This document shows positions 50,333 through 64,000 of a DNA stretch of 64,000 bases, one piece after another (the first letter of the stretch is position 1; each line of letters begins with the position of its first letter). The DNA is from Bigelowiella natans CCMP2755. Taxonomy: Eukaryota > Protista > Cercozoa. The translations under genes and the position numbers were made by a program. Under the pieces are notes generated by a model. That model was not told the DNA's origin. It searched no databases and saw only the letters and a program-made list of their open reading frames with translations. The stretch spans positions 1 through 64,000 of the forward strand of contig ADNK01000237.1 of assembly GCA_000320545.1 (NCBI GenBank), read 5' to 3'.

Positions 50333-51574
50333 CGTTGGTGATGCAAAGGACTAGTAATCAACTCTGTTGGCTAAACAGGGTCAAAGAAGGTCATAAAGCA
50401 AGTGAATACCTCTCCCTCTCTCTCCCTCCCTCTCTCCCTCTCTCTTTTGTGCATGTGCATGAGCATGTACGTATGTGGCGTGTGTTTCAAGTTCTCCTCT
50501 CTTCTTACCAACGTCATCTTCATCACCAACGACTTTAGCGGGGGAAGCTGGAGTGGAGGCCGCAGCGAAAACAGGGCGTGGGGAGGCCTCCCAGTCTAGC
50601 AAGTCTTCTACCACACGCTCAAACATGCTCGGAGGAGATGGAGGGGGAGGATGAGCTCGCCCCGTCCTGGCCTGTTGCGGCGGGGGCTTTGCAAACAATG
50701 CCTGCTTGGCCATGGCGTTGTTCCGCATGGCGTGCAGCAGAAGCGAGTGCGCGGTCCACACATCTGAGGGGCAGAACAACGGGAAATCGGAGGACTGCTG
50801 TAATGACATCAAGGCGGCGGCGGATGAGGAGGAGGAGGAGGAAGGAGATGCCCCCACCGCCTTAAGAACACTTCTATGTGCTGCGTCCCTCGTTGGAGGG
50901 TCCATGTAGAAGGCCTCGAGCAGCGTCCGTGCAAACAGTCGCACTGGATTCAGCGCATGAGGGCTCGCACTGCCCGGCCTCCCACCCTCCTCATAAGTAA
51001 CGGCCACGTGGGAGAGGGCCTGGCACACCGCGGCCTGCCCTCCGAAATTCTTCCGGAGCAAGCTGCGTAAGGCGTAGTGGGCTGCGCTCATCACGTCTGC
51101 TGGGACTCCCGACAGGCTATATATTCAGGTAGAAAAGGAGGCGGCACACGGAGGGTACAAGGGAGGAGAAAGGACAAAAAGCAACCGCATCATCAAGCCA
51201 TCAAACCATAGGGGGAAATCTCTTCAGCTGGCGCAGATGTAGCAGCAGCTGAAGTCATCGAAAGAAGGTCATCCCCGCGACAACATGCGGTACCTTGCGG
51301 GGTCGTGTCCAAGGGCCAATTGCAGCACGTATACCAGCGCTGGCCTTCGCTCCTCCTTTGCCTCAACACCACCCCCCGATCTCAGATGAGTCTCCAGGTC
51401 CGTAATGACCGGGATGATGCTAACACTGGCGGAGACCATGGTCGTTTGGTTTCGCGCCCGCCCGTCGATTAACCTGCCGACGATCTTCAGAGCGTACGCC
51501 TTCACCTTGGAAGGCAGTCCTGCGTTTGGGTTTGTAATATGCGTTATTGAAAAACACGCACGCACAAACACACG

Positions 51575-51623
<49 letters not shown>

Positions 51624-52637
51624 AAGAGAGAGAGGTTGCCAAAAGTGAGCAATAGCAGCAGCAGCAACAACAACAACAAGGACCTGGCGCGCTGGTGATC
51701 CTGAGAAGAGCGGGGCAGAGGCTCTTCCCAGAGGACACACGGTGGTTGTCCGTGAGGAGAAAGTCCAAAATCTGTCCACCATTGCAGCATAACAAGATAA
51801 AGAATAAGAAAGGAAAAAAGACATCAAATAATAATAAGGAGAAGAGGAAGAGGAAGAAGAAGAAGAAGAAGAAGAAGAAGAGACAGCAAGACAGCTCTGC
51901 GCAAATTGAATTCGAGAGCGGAGAGCAATCACCTGCAGCGTGGCGTTTAGAATTTCCATGCGTCTCTCAATGCTACCACCGGATCCTGCCAAGCCACAAG
52001 GTAGCAGCAGCAGAAGCAGTAGTAATAGTAATAGTAGCAGTAGTAGTAGCATCACACAGAAGAAGGAGCAGCAGCAGTAGTAGTAGGGTTAGAGACTCCA
52101 TAAGAGCAACAAGAGAAATACAAAAAGGAAATCCTGGTTGTTTTATTTCTTCATGCGCTTAAAGTATTGGGGAATTGTCGTCATTTTTTAAAGTGGAAGA
52201 GGAGGAGGAGGGATAAGTAGAAGTCCCAACCAGAGTTCATCGATTGTGCTGCTGCGCTTTCGAGAAACGGAACCAGCCGGCCAACGCACCTGTTGAGGGA
52301 GGGAGGGAGGGAGGGAGGGAGAAGATGAAGACGTGGAATGTTGGCAAAGACTATACTACTAATGATGATGATGATAATGGTGATAATCAGGACGAAGATT
52401 TCTATTCATACAGTAACTAGTACAGGTTTTGCTGTCGATGAGTGCCATACTTCAACCCTTACAGCGGCAATAGCACGCAGACACACAACACCCACCACCC
52501 GCAATAAGAACAACAAGAAGAACAACAACAACTTGCTAGTGTCCTCATTACCCAGATTCAACGAAATAGGTCTGATTCGAACTGTTCTTTTCCACCTGCC
52601 GTTGTTGTTGTTTTAGCAAGATATCAGGGGGGAGATG

Positions 52638-52683
<46 letters not shown>

Positions 52684-52686
52684 GGA

Positions 52687-52717
<31 letters not shown>

Positions 52718-54618
52718 TAATAGTGCAAATAGCAAACAGCATTGATTTGCTAACCATTGTAGCGATAAGCTTGAGTATGTCGACAACGATCACACCACCC
52801 ATTAGATATCCTTCACTCTTTGCGATCCCGAGGACCTATTCAATTTACCATTGCGGGAAGCAGTCACCAGCAAAAAACTCCCCTGCTACCCTTCTCTGCT
52901 GTGTTTGTACTGACTACTAGTACTGCAACTACTACAACAACTACTACTGCCAAGTACCTTATCGAAGACGTTGTCGAATGCAACTATCTTTTGAATCGTT
53001 GGATTGCCGTCAATCAACCGTCGCAACAGCAGAAGGGCCTGTGGACAAGCATAGCAAGACCGCAACATTAACAACAACAACCACCACCACCGCCACAACA
53101 ACAACACAAGGCTTGTGGGTAGATGATGACCTCATTGCGGACCATGTCCCCCGTGCCTTCTAGCAGCGCCACGAGCTGGTTCACTGCGATAGGCTTCGAG
53201 AGGATAATTTGCTACCACAGAGTTACCAACAACGTTATACTTGTTAGAAGACGGTGATGGAGGGAAAAGCAATGGCTGGCATGCAACAACAAGGAGCAAA
53301 CACAAAAGACCACCTGGGCGCGGTCCTTTTTACCGCTGAGGATGTTCGTTAGCAGAATCACCGTTGCCAGCTGCACGTAAGGATCTCTTACCCCGACCTA
53401 GGGAGGAGGAAGAAAGAAATTACACGAGAATGGATGCAAGGATGTAAGCTATAGCCCTTCTTCGTGGTGCAGCATACCAAATCCATAAGCAGTAACACGT
53501 TTTCGCTCTCCATGACAAATCCATCTAGATTGCTCGACACAGCTTGTTTATCACGGGCAGTGGCATTTGGCGGCGGCGGCCTGTCGTTAGTTTGAGAAGT
53601 GTGAAATAATAACAATCGCTGACAGAATGATCCGCGTGTGTAGAAGAGTCGCAAATAAAACATATTACGCAAAACATCATCTGGATAAGTGCGTGCGTGT
53701 GTGGGTGCGTGTGTGTGTGTTTGTGTGGAGTTCAATAATATGTATTAATGTATTTATATTTGAGGTTCACTGTTGTCGGTGTTTAAGGTAGGACTTTGTA
53801 ACGTTCTTGAGAAGCTGTATGCAGGGCCGTACGAGGGCGGGGAGACTAGAAACAGGCTGCCCATCTTTCTCTTAAAAGGGGAGAAGAAGGAGGAAGAGGA
53901 AAGGAAAACAGCCCAACCACACAAAGGTGAAGAAGTCGAAAGGAGGAACTACGAGTATGCTCAGGACGGATACGCACTGGTCATCACTGAATAATAATTT
54001 GTTTGATTTTCTCTGTGCTCTTCGCCCGCTTGAAACCCCTCGCCTCTGCGCCCCCTCTCCGAGACAACCTTCTTGTGCCTTTTTTTGCGCTTCACGAGCC
54101 CGCTTGATGAGATCTATGATCTTGCCCACCGCCTGCTTACCAAGAGGGAGGAAATTGTATTGATTCGACAGATCTTGAAGCTCCTGTACCACCTGAAACG
54201 TAGCGAATAATTGCACTAAATTGAACGCTCACGGGTCATGCCATCATGACGTGATGGAAATCCTGCTACTATCGATTTGCACCTATCGATGCGTTGGTTG
54301 CAACTCTAGTCTTTACCACATTTCTTCCATGCAAGTTACCTTCTTATGTTCAATCTTCTACCTTAAGTTGGCGCTGAGGATCTGTAGTCTTACTCAAAGC
54401 CACCAAGAGTCCCGTGCAATCTGACATCACATTCGCCACCTGTAAAAAGAAGGAGAGGTTTGGTGAGTCAGCAGCCAAAGAGGTGAAGGAGGGAAGTTTC
54501 GAATATATATTGGCAACAAAAGAACTGTATGAGGGATAAAGATATTTGAATACTGTACTTTGCTATCCGCTTGACTCTGAGCCCCCAATAGGCCCTCGGC
54601 GAGGCGCGTAACATACAT
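46802..54618 (-). CDS. USO1: Golgi vesicle-tethering protein Uso1/p115; many exons, microsatellite-rich introns
   Basis: Head motifs DPYVQLATVILL, MVRNE..ALLLLRRLIDGNPTIQKIVAFDNVFDK, EGYLMGGVIVVDIL, NSSNQTYFVE. Coiled-coil tail with EDVLVLLATED. 3' end approximate. Confidence 0.8.
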
Positions 54619-55768
54619 CTTCCTCGCTCAGCCTGGGCGCTCGTTTTCCGATCCTGGGCTGCAGAGGGTAAGCCACGCGCGAAAATAGAACTGAATCACA
54701 TATGAATGGGCAATTTGGATAGCAAAATTAATCTTTTCCCAATTTTTAAGAGGATTTTTTAGCCATAGCACGCACAGTACATCGCTTATATTGGATCAAA
54801 TTTGGTCGACGTGCAAGCACGGTCGTCAGAACTCTGTCAACAAAAATGCCATCACCATTCAAAGATGTCGCACTAAAGAGCGATTCACATCATGTGCAAA
54901 ATCAGAAATGCATCGTTCTCATCTCATGGTCAGTAGCCCTTCGGACCGTCGATTCGTCATACCTATTCCAGAGGGGGGGATAGCCAAAAATGCGGAAGCA
55001 GGCCTTTTCGCTTCCTACGACCGTAATCCTTGCATGACGTATTTGGTAAATAGAATGGCATTTCATACATGTTTTATTCATTTACCCACAAGCCGGCAAC
55101 ATAAGCAAGAAGGAAGTGTAGTCGTCATCACGAACAGCGTGACATATCGTATCGTATCGTCAAGATCTAGAACCATCAATGTGTCTTCGAAATAGTACCA
55201 ACAGAATTTGTCCTCAGATCAGATATTTGATAGTTCATTGAAAGCTTAGTCATGCATAAGATGTTCTATGGAGGTATTCTTGTCTAGATTACCAATTGAA
55301 GCCTCCTAACATTCACCATTTGCCTTCTCCTGACACGTGTCCGCGGGGCTGAAATCAATCGTTCGCCAGGAAATGCCATATTTTTAGGTCTCAAAATGCT
55401 GAAAATGCTAAGTCGCTGACAGAAAACGAGTGACAATTGCGTCATGAAAATCACCAAAAGTCTTAAGTATGCCCAACCACCCTGCGGCCTATGAGCGTAC
55501 CCCTCTTCCCATGTTACCCCACGCTCCCTTTCTCATAGAGGGGATCGAAGGCTAGCTAAATTTCGAGAATACGAATTTCTAAACGTGATGTTACGTACCT
55601 ACAGAGTGGTGAAGGAAGATCTCGCTACTCTGTATCGTTGTTGCACGGATTAGACCTCTCAAACCTACGAATCAATTTCTCGTGTTTATCGATCCAAATA
55701 AATACTGTTAGCTCTGCCCACGTAATATTTGCTTACCCGCCTAAAATTTCGCAGGTTCGATTAAGGAA

Positions 55769-57072
55769 ATGCAGCTGTTTCATTCCCACAACGAGCAGCA
55801 AGCTCTGAAGTATGCATCCCTCAAGCGATGGTTCGGATTCAGTGTTGCTTTGAATATGATCGTCGCCGGATATATCGCTTTCGGGGCATTCGGCATGAAT
55901 GATACCCTCGGGTCGGTACTTACTCGAGTATCAGGCGTTTCAAGCAGAGCCCGTATGCCGATGGGTGTGGTGATGAATCCAATGACGCCCAGTTTCATGG
56001 GCCACGCAGCCACTGCGGGCGAATCAGTCGGAGCTAAGAGCGCGATGCAAGCTATTCGTGCACCCTCGAGCGCCGGGAGGAACCTCGCTGCAAGTAGGAA
56101 TTTCTCTGTGAATTGGAATCTATTTTGGAACCTCTGATTGCTTCGTAACTGATCATGATGTTGTTAAATCTACTGTCTGTACAAGATGTGCGAGAGATGC
56201 CGTTTTATTTGTAATCATGCAATGATGGGTTCTAATGTGTATTAACCTTTTGTCGCCTGTAGACGCTGCATCGGTTCCCCTCGTTGGATCCCAAGCTCCG
56301 GACTTCAAGGCAACAGCTGTATACGACCAAGAGTTCGTAGACGTCCAGCTATCATCGTACATTGTATGGCCACTGATCGTCCCTCTTTTGCTGGTTTCTG
56401 ATTTCACGATGTGTTTCAGGGCAAGAAGTATGTGCTTCTGTTTTTCTACCCGTTGGATTTCACCTTCGTCTGTCCCACAGAGATCACCGCGTTCAGGTGT
56501 ACCACGCGTCCTGCATGCAAGCGCAGCAAAACAAAATCTCACCGACTAATTGTTCCAACAATTTCTAGTGACCGCTACAATGAATTCAAGGAGCTCGACT
56601 GTGAGGTCCTCGGCGTCTCTGTCGATAGCCAATTTTCTCATCTTGCGTGGCTACAAACTCCTCGTGCAGAAGGGTACGCGCGACGTGTTGAGATTAAATT
56701 GAATTTGCATGGCCTTACATTATCTTACATTATTCTCATTATCTCACTATTAGGGGACTCGGAGATCTTGAATATCCTCTCGTCTCTGATCTTAAAAAAG
56801 AGATCAGCGAGGCGTTTAACGTCCTCACAGACGAAGGTGTTGCACTCCGGGGGCTCTTCCTCATTGACAAGGAGGGTGTGATCCAGCATTCGACCATCAA
56901 CAATCTTGCCTTTGGCCGTAATGTTGATGAAGCTCTTCGAGTACTCCAAGCCACTCGCTATGTACAACAGAATCCAGACGAAGTTTGTCCAGCTGGCTGG
57001 CAGCCTGGAGATAATACCATGAAGCCTGACCCTAAGGGTAGCAAGGAATACTTTTCAAAGGTTTTCGAATAG
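55769..57072 (+). CDS. Plastid 2-Cys peroxiredoxin (BAS1-type) with bipartite targeting peptide
   Basis: [64 protein letters not shown]-terminal signal ([15 protein letters not shown]) plus S/R/M-rich transit peptide. Confidence 0.95.
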
Positions 57073-57726
57073 GTTATCGCACAACCATGTTGGCGTGTGA
57101 CACCAGCTAGCCAGCCTCTTATTTTAAAACCATGATAGCGTGGTTTACAAGCGAAAACGCGAATCTGTAGTTGTATAACCGTGCGATGAACAAAAGTATA
57201 AATAATATATTTGACATTGCGCCAGCAGTCTGCCAGCAACTATGCTGTTGTGTGTATGTAGCTAGGTAGTCGCGGTGTCCTTACTTCGTGCGACACTTTA
57301 TATTAAAAGGGCCACGATCGTAGCAGTCAGGCATACTTCTACTATGTTGTAAATTCGTTGCGGCGCTAGCACTCATCATGTACGCGTCAGATGTAGGTAT
57401 ATACATAGGACTGCTTTATTTATCATGCATCTAGGCCATGCGTGCGCCGCTGTATTCCGCAAAATATGTTGCTATAGTCAAAAGTAGTGGTACCGTAGCA
57501 CAACAAGTAAAACGCCTTAAATCATGGTTGCATGACATATGATGCGTTATACATCGACATTGCTGTAAATAAAAAAATACATACAGATAACTAGAGAACA
57601 CAAGCTTCTCGTGCTTCGATTCGAGACATTAAAGAGAGAAAAACATGCAGGAAATTGCTTGTTTGCTTGCTCTAGGCCTTCGAACCATCTTCCTCTCGTC
57701 AAGTACATCCTTGTCATCCTTACTAA

Positions 57727-57833
57727 ATTACTTGGTGAGCTCTTTGAACAGATCTAGAGATATTGCTAGTTATGGCAGTGACTTGTTTATGTTGCTGTGT
57801 TCATACTACTTATCACAAGACAAAAGTACGTCG

Positions 57834-57878
<45 letters not shown>

Positions 57879-58041
57879 TTTCTCTACGCCAGCTTTTCGT
57901 CACAGCTGTGCCACCCCCGCCTTCTACGATCGAGATCCTCCTTTGCCCCTAGTGAAGGGTGAAACCTAGTGGAATAGAAAAGATGCTTAAATATTTTGGT
58001 GATTACAAAAGCACCCACGTCCCCTCCCAAAATTATACACA

Positions 58042-58101
<60 letters not shown>

Positions 58102-58258
58102 TCTATCCACTGCACCTTGGTGTTTAATCGGAATCCCTTTCCCATCGTGGACGACGCGACAGCTTTTAGGAAGTACGTTCCCACAGCGGTGGAAGGCTTA
58201 GCTCTGTATGTTTGTATAGTTATTATGAGAATTGCATCCTACACGTAATCCTACTCTC

Positions 58259-58306
<48 letters not shown>

Positions 58307-59927
58307 CCTCTCTGTTCCCTACTTGTCAATGTCTTTTATCAGTTGTGATATGTTCTCGATCAACTTCTCATCGTCGAAACTCACCTGTAGAAACATAAAG
58401 TTAGAGGTAGCAATACAACAAAAGAACGACACTTAGCATCAATAATCCTTGCCGACAGCAACCATGATTTGATCGAAAGGGTGAAATCGAGATGGTACGA
58501 GGAGAAAAATCCAACGAGTACTGTTGTCGTTGTTATTCTTCGCATTTTGCATACCTTTCCAACGGGGGCGGAAATGCCGCCATTGCGATCCGTTTTAAAT
58601 GAGACTTGTCCCTGTTTGCATGATCGAATTCCATCCTGAATGTCGTTCGTAATCGTGCCCATCTTTGGGTTGGGCATAAGGCCTCGAGGACCCTAGCAGC
58701 AGGGCAAGGAAGAAGTGCACACATCATCATATGATTACGAGTATAATTGATAGATTAGTACTCCGCAATACTGGTTAATGAATATGAAGTAGCAGAGCCG
58801 GAGATCGAACAAAAAGACAGAAGCAGCATTAGAGTGGCGACGAGCAGTACCACCGGCATTTAACACCGCCACCATCCAGTATAACCATCATCACTTACCA
58901 GGACGCGCGCTACTGTCCCCACGACCCCCATACAATCTGGGGTGGCTAACACTCGGTCGAAGTCTAGAAATCCATCCTGTCAACACAAAAGCATCAGCAA
59001 CAACAACAAACGGGCAGCACGTAGGTGTGTTTTCGAGTCTCCCTATATCGTAGCTACTACTAACTTTAATCTTTTCAGCGAGGTCTTCGGCTCCTACGAT
59101 GTCTGCTCCCGCAGCTTCGGCCTCCGCAACTTTTGGACCCTGAGATTCCGTTGAAATAATAACAACAATAAGGAGCCCGGACGTAACAACAATAGATGAT
59201 ATCGACAACACTGATAATAGTGATTGTGATGATGGTGGTGGTGGTGATGATGATGATGATGATACTAATTTTGATAAGAATATCATAATAAATATAATAC
59301 TATTCACGGTGGCAAATTCGTTATCGTTAACAATAATGACAGTTGGTGAGAAGAAAGAAAGAAGAAGAAGACGAAGAAGAAGAAGGAGAAGAAGACGACT
59401 TTCTGCAATTCTGCACTACCCACTCTTATTACACTCACACATTGTCTGTTTACTCGCCATTTATATATATAAGGACTACCTTTGCAAACACGGCAACTCG
59501 GACGGTCTTTCCCAATCCGTGTGGAAGCTCTGCGAGACCTCGCACCATCTGATTGGGCTTTCGTGGGTCTACACCAAGCTTAATCGCCACCTCCACAGTT
59601 TCATCGAAGCGGGCGTTTGCGAAGCACTTAAGGAGCCTCACGGCCTTACAGAATAGATATCAATCATAATTACTCCATGAAGAACACGTCGACATATTCA
59701 AAATCCGATTGCTGGTAGACATCTGTAAAGCGCTGAGGGGGGGTAGACGTGTACACTCCCCTTCTCTGTGCGTATACTTGGTATTGTTCTACCTCTGGCA
59801 AATCATAGGTAACCGCCTGTGGCACTTTGGACTTTCTGACGACCTTCTGCTCTTTGGAGCTAGCCTGTGTGGCGAGCGAGGAGAAGCGCAAGAGTGGACG
59901 GCGCGAGAGCTGCCGCAGAGCACGCAT
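57727..59927 (-). CDS. MRPL1: Mitochondrial ribosomal protein uL1; multi-exon
   Basis: Presequence [81 protein letters not shown]. 3' end uncertain. Confidence 0.88.
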
Positions 59928-60292
59928 TCAGGCTGATGAGTTCTTTCTCTTACCAATGAGGAAATCCATGCCCAGCTAATTCGGGAAAACCGCCTTTAAT
60001 AGCCTCTATAATATCCATAATTTTGAAGTCGTAAGGTGTGATTTAAAGCCGTTCTCCATCACAGTCCCCCGGCTTGGGTGGCCTGAAAACCAGCGTACGT
60101 TCCACATCGAACCATTTACCGAGAGAGACGCGAAAGTTTCGCCGGTCCCTCCTGGAAAAATTAGGTTGGTTCATTATTATCTCCGAGTCCTACATCTATT
60201 ACGATATATCTGGTGTTTATTTATTTCTAAATAAAATCTAGGTGGAAGACGCAAGACCCTCGGCGTTAATCGGCTGGAACGAACGGCTCAAG

Positions 60293-62723
60293 ATGGCGTC
60301 CAGGGCTATCCGGCGAGCTCTGCTGCTCTCGCAGCATGGGCGGCCGGGAACCCAACGAGCCACGCCTCCGTTGTCAGCACTGAAGTCTCCATTCTCAACA
60401 GCACGGATGAAGGTGTCGAATGGAAGCAAATCCACCGTACACGGTAACCACAAGAAGTCAGGAGAGGGGGAAGAAGGAACAGCAACGACACCTCTCGAGC
60501 TTCAAAGGAACAAGGACAGTGCTGTGGCTCCTCCTGAAGATGACAAGGCAAAAAAGAAGTCTACTAGCGAATATACCTTCCCAAAGCTTCCAAAAAGAAG
60601 TGCCCTTCGTAGCCCAGAGGCCCGGGAAAAGGTAGTGGTGGTAGTAGTGGTGTAGTAGTGAGAAACGTTACGATGGAGCCTGGTCGTCTACCTACCTGTT
60701 CACCGGCCAGTTTTCCCATAGATAGAAAAGAAGATAGAGAGAGGGGGGAGGAGAGGGGGGGGGGGGGGGGCACATAAGAAGCAAAGTGGGGAGAATAGGA
60801 GCACAAAGCCTAAAGCGAGTTTAAGGAGGGTTCGAATTTGTTTTGAGGGATTATGGGTATAAATAGAAGTTAAAAACTGCCAGGAAATGGTGAATGAACC
60901 TTAACACTAATTGCAGGCGCTTGCTGCACTCGATTCGAGGATGATGCAGACTACAGAAGAAATCGACGAGAGCACAGTGTATGTTACTCGCTGCTTCGAG
61001 AAGCCAATAACCCTCGGCTATGCGCACTCTACCCTTCTCAACCGCTGCTTCCATGACCTCCAATCTGAGTTGAAGAAAGCTCTTTCAGATAGTAAGAATG
61101 GTGACCTGAAAAATAGTGGCCACTTACTTCCCTCCTCTTCGTCTGAATTGCTGCCAGCGTCTACCCAGCAGCCGGCCCCTCGAAATGATGGGCGGCTCCA
61201 TATCGCTGAGAAAGGTGAGGAAAGCGCAGCGGCAGATCAACCAGCGAGTAGTAAATACAATGAGCCCGGGGCTGGACATAGTGATACGCTCTCATTGATT
61301 GGCTCCGAGGATACCGAACTCACAAAGTCATCGTCACTAAATTATGACACGGAAAAGGCAGCAGCAGCGGTTGTCCCTGTTGTAAGCAGGGACCCTGCCG
61401 TTCAGCAAGCTATGAATCGCCTTGTACGCGTATTTGACCACGTCTGCGAGCATGGCGACCCCTCAGCCTCGCACTATACAATGGTAGTTAATAAAATCTT
61501 TATTATTCATATGCAGGTGTGCGTGCTGGAAAACAATCTCTGTTTTTTTCCACCACCTTCCTTCTCTTCGAACACCTCTTATTCCTCCTCCCAATATAAA
61601 GATGATGAGCACGTACCTACGCCTCGGTCACCTAGACAAGGTGCTGGATGTCTACCGTACGATGACTATCGACGACAGAAAGCCGGTAGTAATATTACTA
61701 GCGGTACAAGTAGGTTGGCCAAATTTTCCGTACCTTCCTTTTAATGACAACTTCTACCCATCTCTCTTTCTCTCTCTCTCTTTCTCTTATATTTATCTCC
61801 CTCCCTTACCCTCACTCCCCCCCCCCCCCCCCTCTCCCGCTCTCCTCCTAATATCAGGATGCGACGACATGCAATGTGCTCATCCGGACGTTCGTGAATG
61901 CTGGCCACATGAAGGGCGCGATGCAAGTTTATCGGTTGGCAAGCACATCATATCCCCCAATCACGCCCGACGTTACCATAAGGCCCATTTTCTTCACCTT
62001 CTTTTGGTTAAAACGCTCTCGTCTCTCCTCCTCCTCCTCCTCTTTCATAAAGATCTATGAAGACGGGCAAAAGGCAGCCGAGACCGGACGCCTATACGTT
62101 CTCAACGTTCATCAATGCGCTCTCCGAGGAAGGGCCGAACCAAGACCTGAAGCTAGCTTACGAGGTGGTAGAGGAGATAGTAGTCATGGCAGGCAGGGCA
62201 GCAGCATGTATGTTTTACGCGTTGGTAGGCGTATCCCCGCCCCCCTCTTTAATTCTCTTGTTGTTCTCTTCTTTGTGTCGTACAGGTGTTGACGGACATG
62301 CAAAAGAGCGTCCGTGGCAGACATCGGGAGAAGCAGGTGTATGGCTTCAGTCCGCTGATAAACGCTCTTGCAAAGGCGGGAGAACTAGAAGCTGCACACA
62401 GGCTGGTGGAGATTATGCAAGTGAGATCATAAGATAAAATGCTCTGTCTCCCCCCCCTCCTCGCTCTCTGCCCCTCTGTGTCCCCATCCCTCCCTCTCTT
62501 TCTCCCTTCTTCATTATCCTCTTCCCTCCCCTCCCTTATATTGTTCACGCTTCCCTGATATTTGGTTGATGCTATTATTGCGCAGGTTCGATCTCGAGTA
62601 AAGCCAAACGTCGTCATATACAACTCTCTTTTAGGTAGTAGTGGTAGCAGTAGCTTTTTTAGATATCACCCATATGGAAATTAAATATAAAATAGAATAC
62701 TAACAAATTACAGCGCACGGATA

Positions 62724-62766
<43 letters not shown>

Positions 62767-64000
62767 TCCCCCCGCTTCCCCCTCTCTAATTTACACATAC
62801 ACCGTATGTTTAGAATACATGCAAACGCTAACTTCCTCATAGCACGTGCATAATTCTCGCTAGCCGCTACTTTCTCGCGCTCTTCCTCCATTACAACTAC
62901 TACGATAAACACAATCAGCTGGTCATGCTCGCAAGGGGGATAGTGACGGCTGTGCGAGAGTGTTGGAATCTATGAGACGTAACAAGGTGGATGCTGTCAC
63001 AAAGATGAGCAGAATGATGATGATGATTAAATGATTATGATTATGATTATGATGATGAGCTTCGTGGGGAGTTGGCAATCAGGAATCCCTACAGGGCGAG
63101 CTTGCTTACGTGCTTTACTCTGTCTTTCCTCACCACGCGCTAGCGTATATGCTTAGATCTGCGTTGCATTTGCCCTCTGCGCCAGCTGCGTAACTTTCTC
63201 CCATTTCTGTCCCCCCCTTATTCTCCACACTCACTTGTCCTCCTCTTCCGTCCCCTTACCCAGGTGGAACCGACAGCAGTAAGCTCGATGAGCCTGTTCA
63301 ATAGCTACAAGTCGACTGGTTTCCATACCGCCATTCCGGCTGTCGATTCGTTGGACAGGGTAGTGTTGTTGCTGGCCTCTTTTCACCGTACACTTGAGAT
63401 ATATCGTAGCATTTACGTGTGCTACTGCTTCTTTGGGCGTGCTACATTTTCAAACCCCCGTGCCGCCATCCTGAACATCATATCTCTGTGAAACTTTGCA
63501 TGTAGATGGCGGAGACGTGGGATGTATTTGATGCACACCCGAGCACGTTGACGTGGCTCGTGGATAGCGCGGGCCTTCTGCTCAAGCACGCTCGGCTCGT
63601 GTCCAAGGCGACGACGGATAGTGAAGAAGAAGAAGCACGGGTATATAATGATGACGAGGAGGCAGATGAAAGTGACGGGGACTCCTCCGCATCTCTCCAT
63701 CTCGGCGCAGAGGAGGTGAGAGAGCTGCAGATCAAAATTCGAGAGAAGGGGATCTCTTCTATGGACGCGTTGGAAGTTTTCGAAGCCGCCCTCGACCATG
63801 GTAGTATCTGCGTTGCTTATTCATTTTGTTTACCCCTGTTGTGGGCACGCATATATTTCCTGCAATTAAATTAATCAATGCATCCCTCATGTAGGCAGAA
63901 ACTTGTCTTTGTGTTTTTCTATCACTGCTCCGTATTACTAACGAAGAAGCGCCCGCACCATCACCATAGGTTATTCACCTCGCATACGCTCCTCCAGCCT
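60293..64000 (+). CDS. Pentatricopeptide repeat (PPR) protein, probably mitochondrial; 3'-partial
   Basis: Presequence MASRAIRRALLLSQ. PPR motifs MMSTYLRLGHLDKVLDVYRTM, TTCNVLIRTFVNAGHMKGAMQVY, PDAYTFSTFINAL, LINALAKAGELEAAHRLVEIM, KPNVVIYNSLL. Confidence 0.85.

Overview
Eukaryotic nuclear DNA, gene-dense and intron-rich, with GT-AG introns and abundant microsatellites. Bipartite signal+transit leaders on a 2-Cys peroxiredoxin and a TauD protein suggest a secondary-plastid alga, probably a chlorarachniophyte (Bigelowiella-like); this is inference. About 17 genes were reconstructed by hand. In order: an AASDH/ACSF4-like A-PCP enzyme (runs off the left edge), a PhyH-family dioxygenase, a small Duo1-like coiled-coil gene, an OAC1-like mitochondrial carrier, a membrane protein fragment, a hypothetical protein, an SDR-fold protein, a G-alpha subunit, a second SDR, a LYS2-like C-A-T-R alpha-aminoadipate reductase, SNRNP27, a small mitochondrial protein, a TauD dioxygenase, an Sfi1-like protein, USO1/p115, Prx, mitochondrial uL1 and a PPR protein (runs off the right edge). 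The most striking unexplained signal is in repeat-derived tracts. They have lost nearly all TpA dinucleotides while keeping CpG, and the surviving TAs sit almost only in CTA/TAG contexts. This resembles a RIP-like A>G/T>C genome-defence mutator with sharp boundaries at genes. Other highlights are a LYS2 orthologue that retains a complete but apparently dead NRPS condensation domain and a G-alpha with a C-terminal CaaX box. Exon boundaries and dinucleotide counts are manual and approximate.
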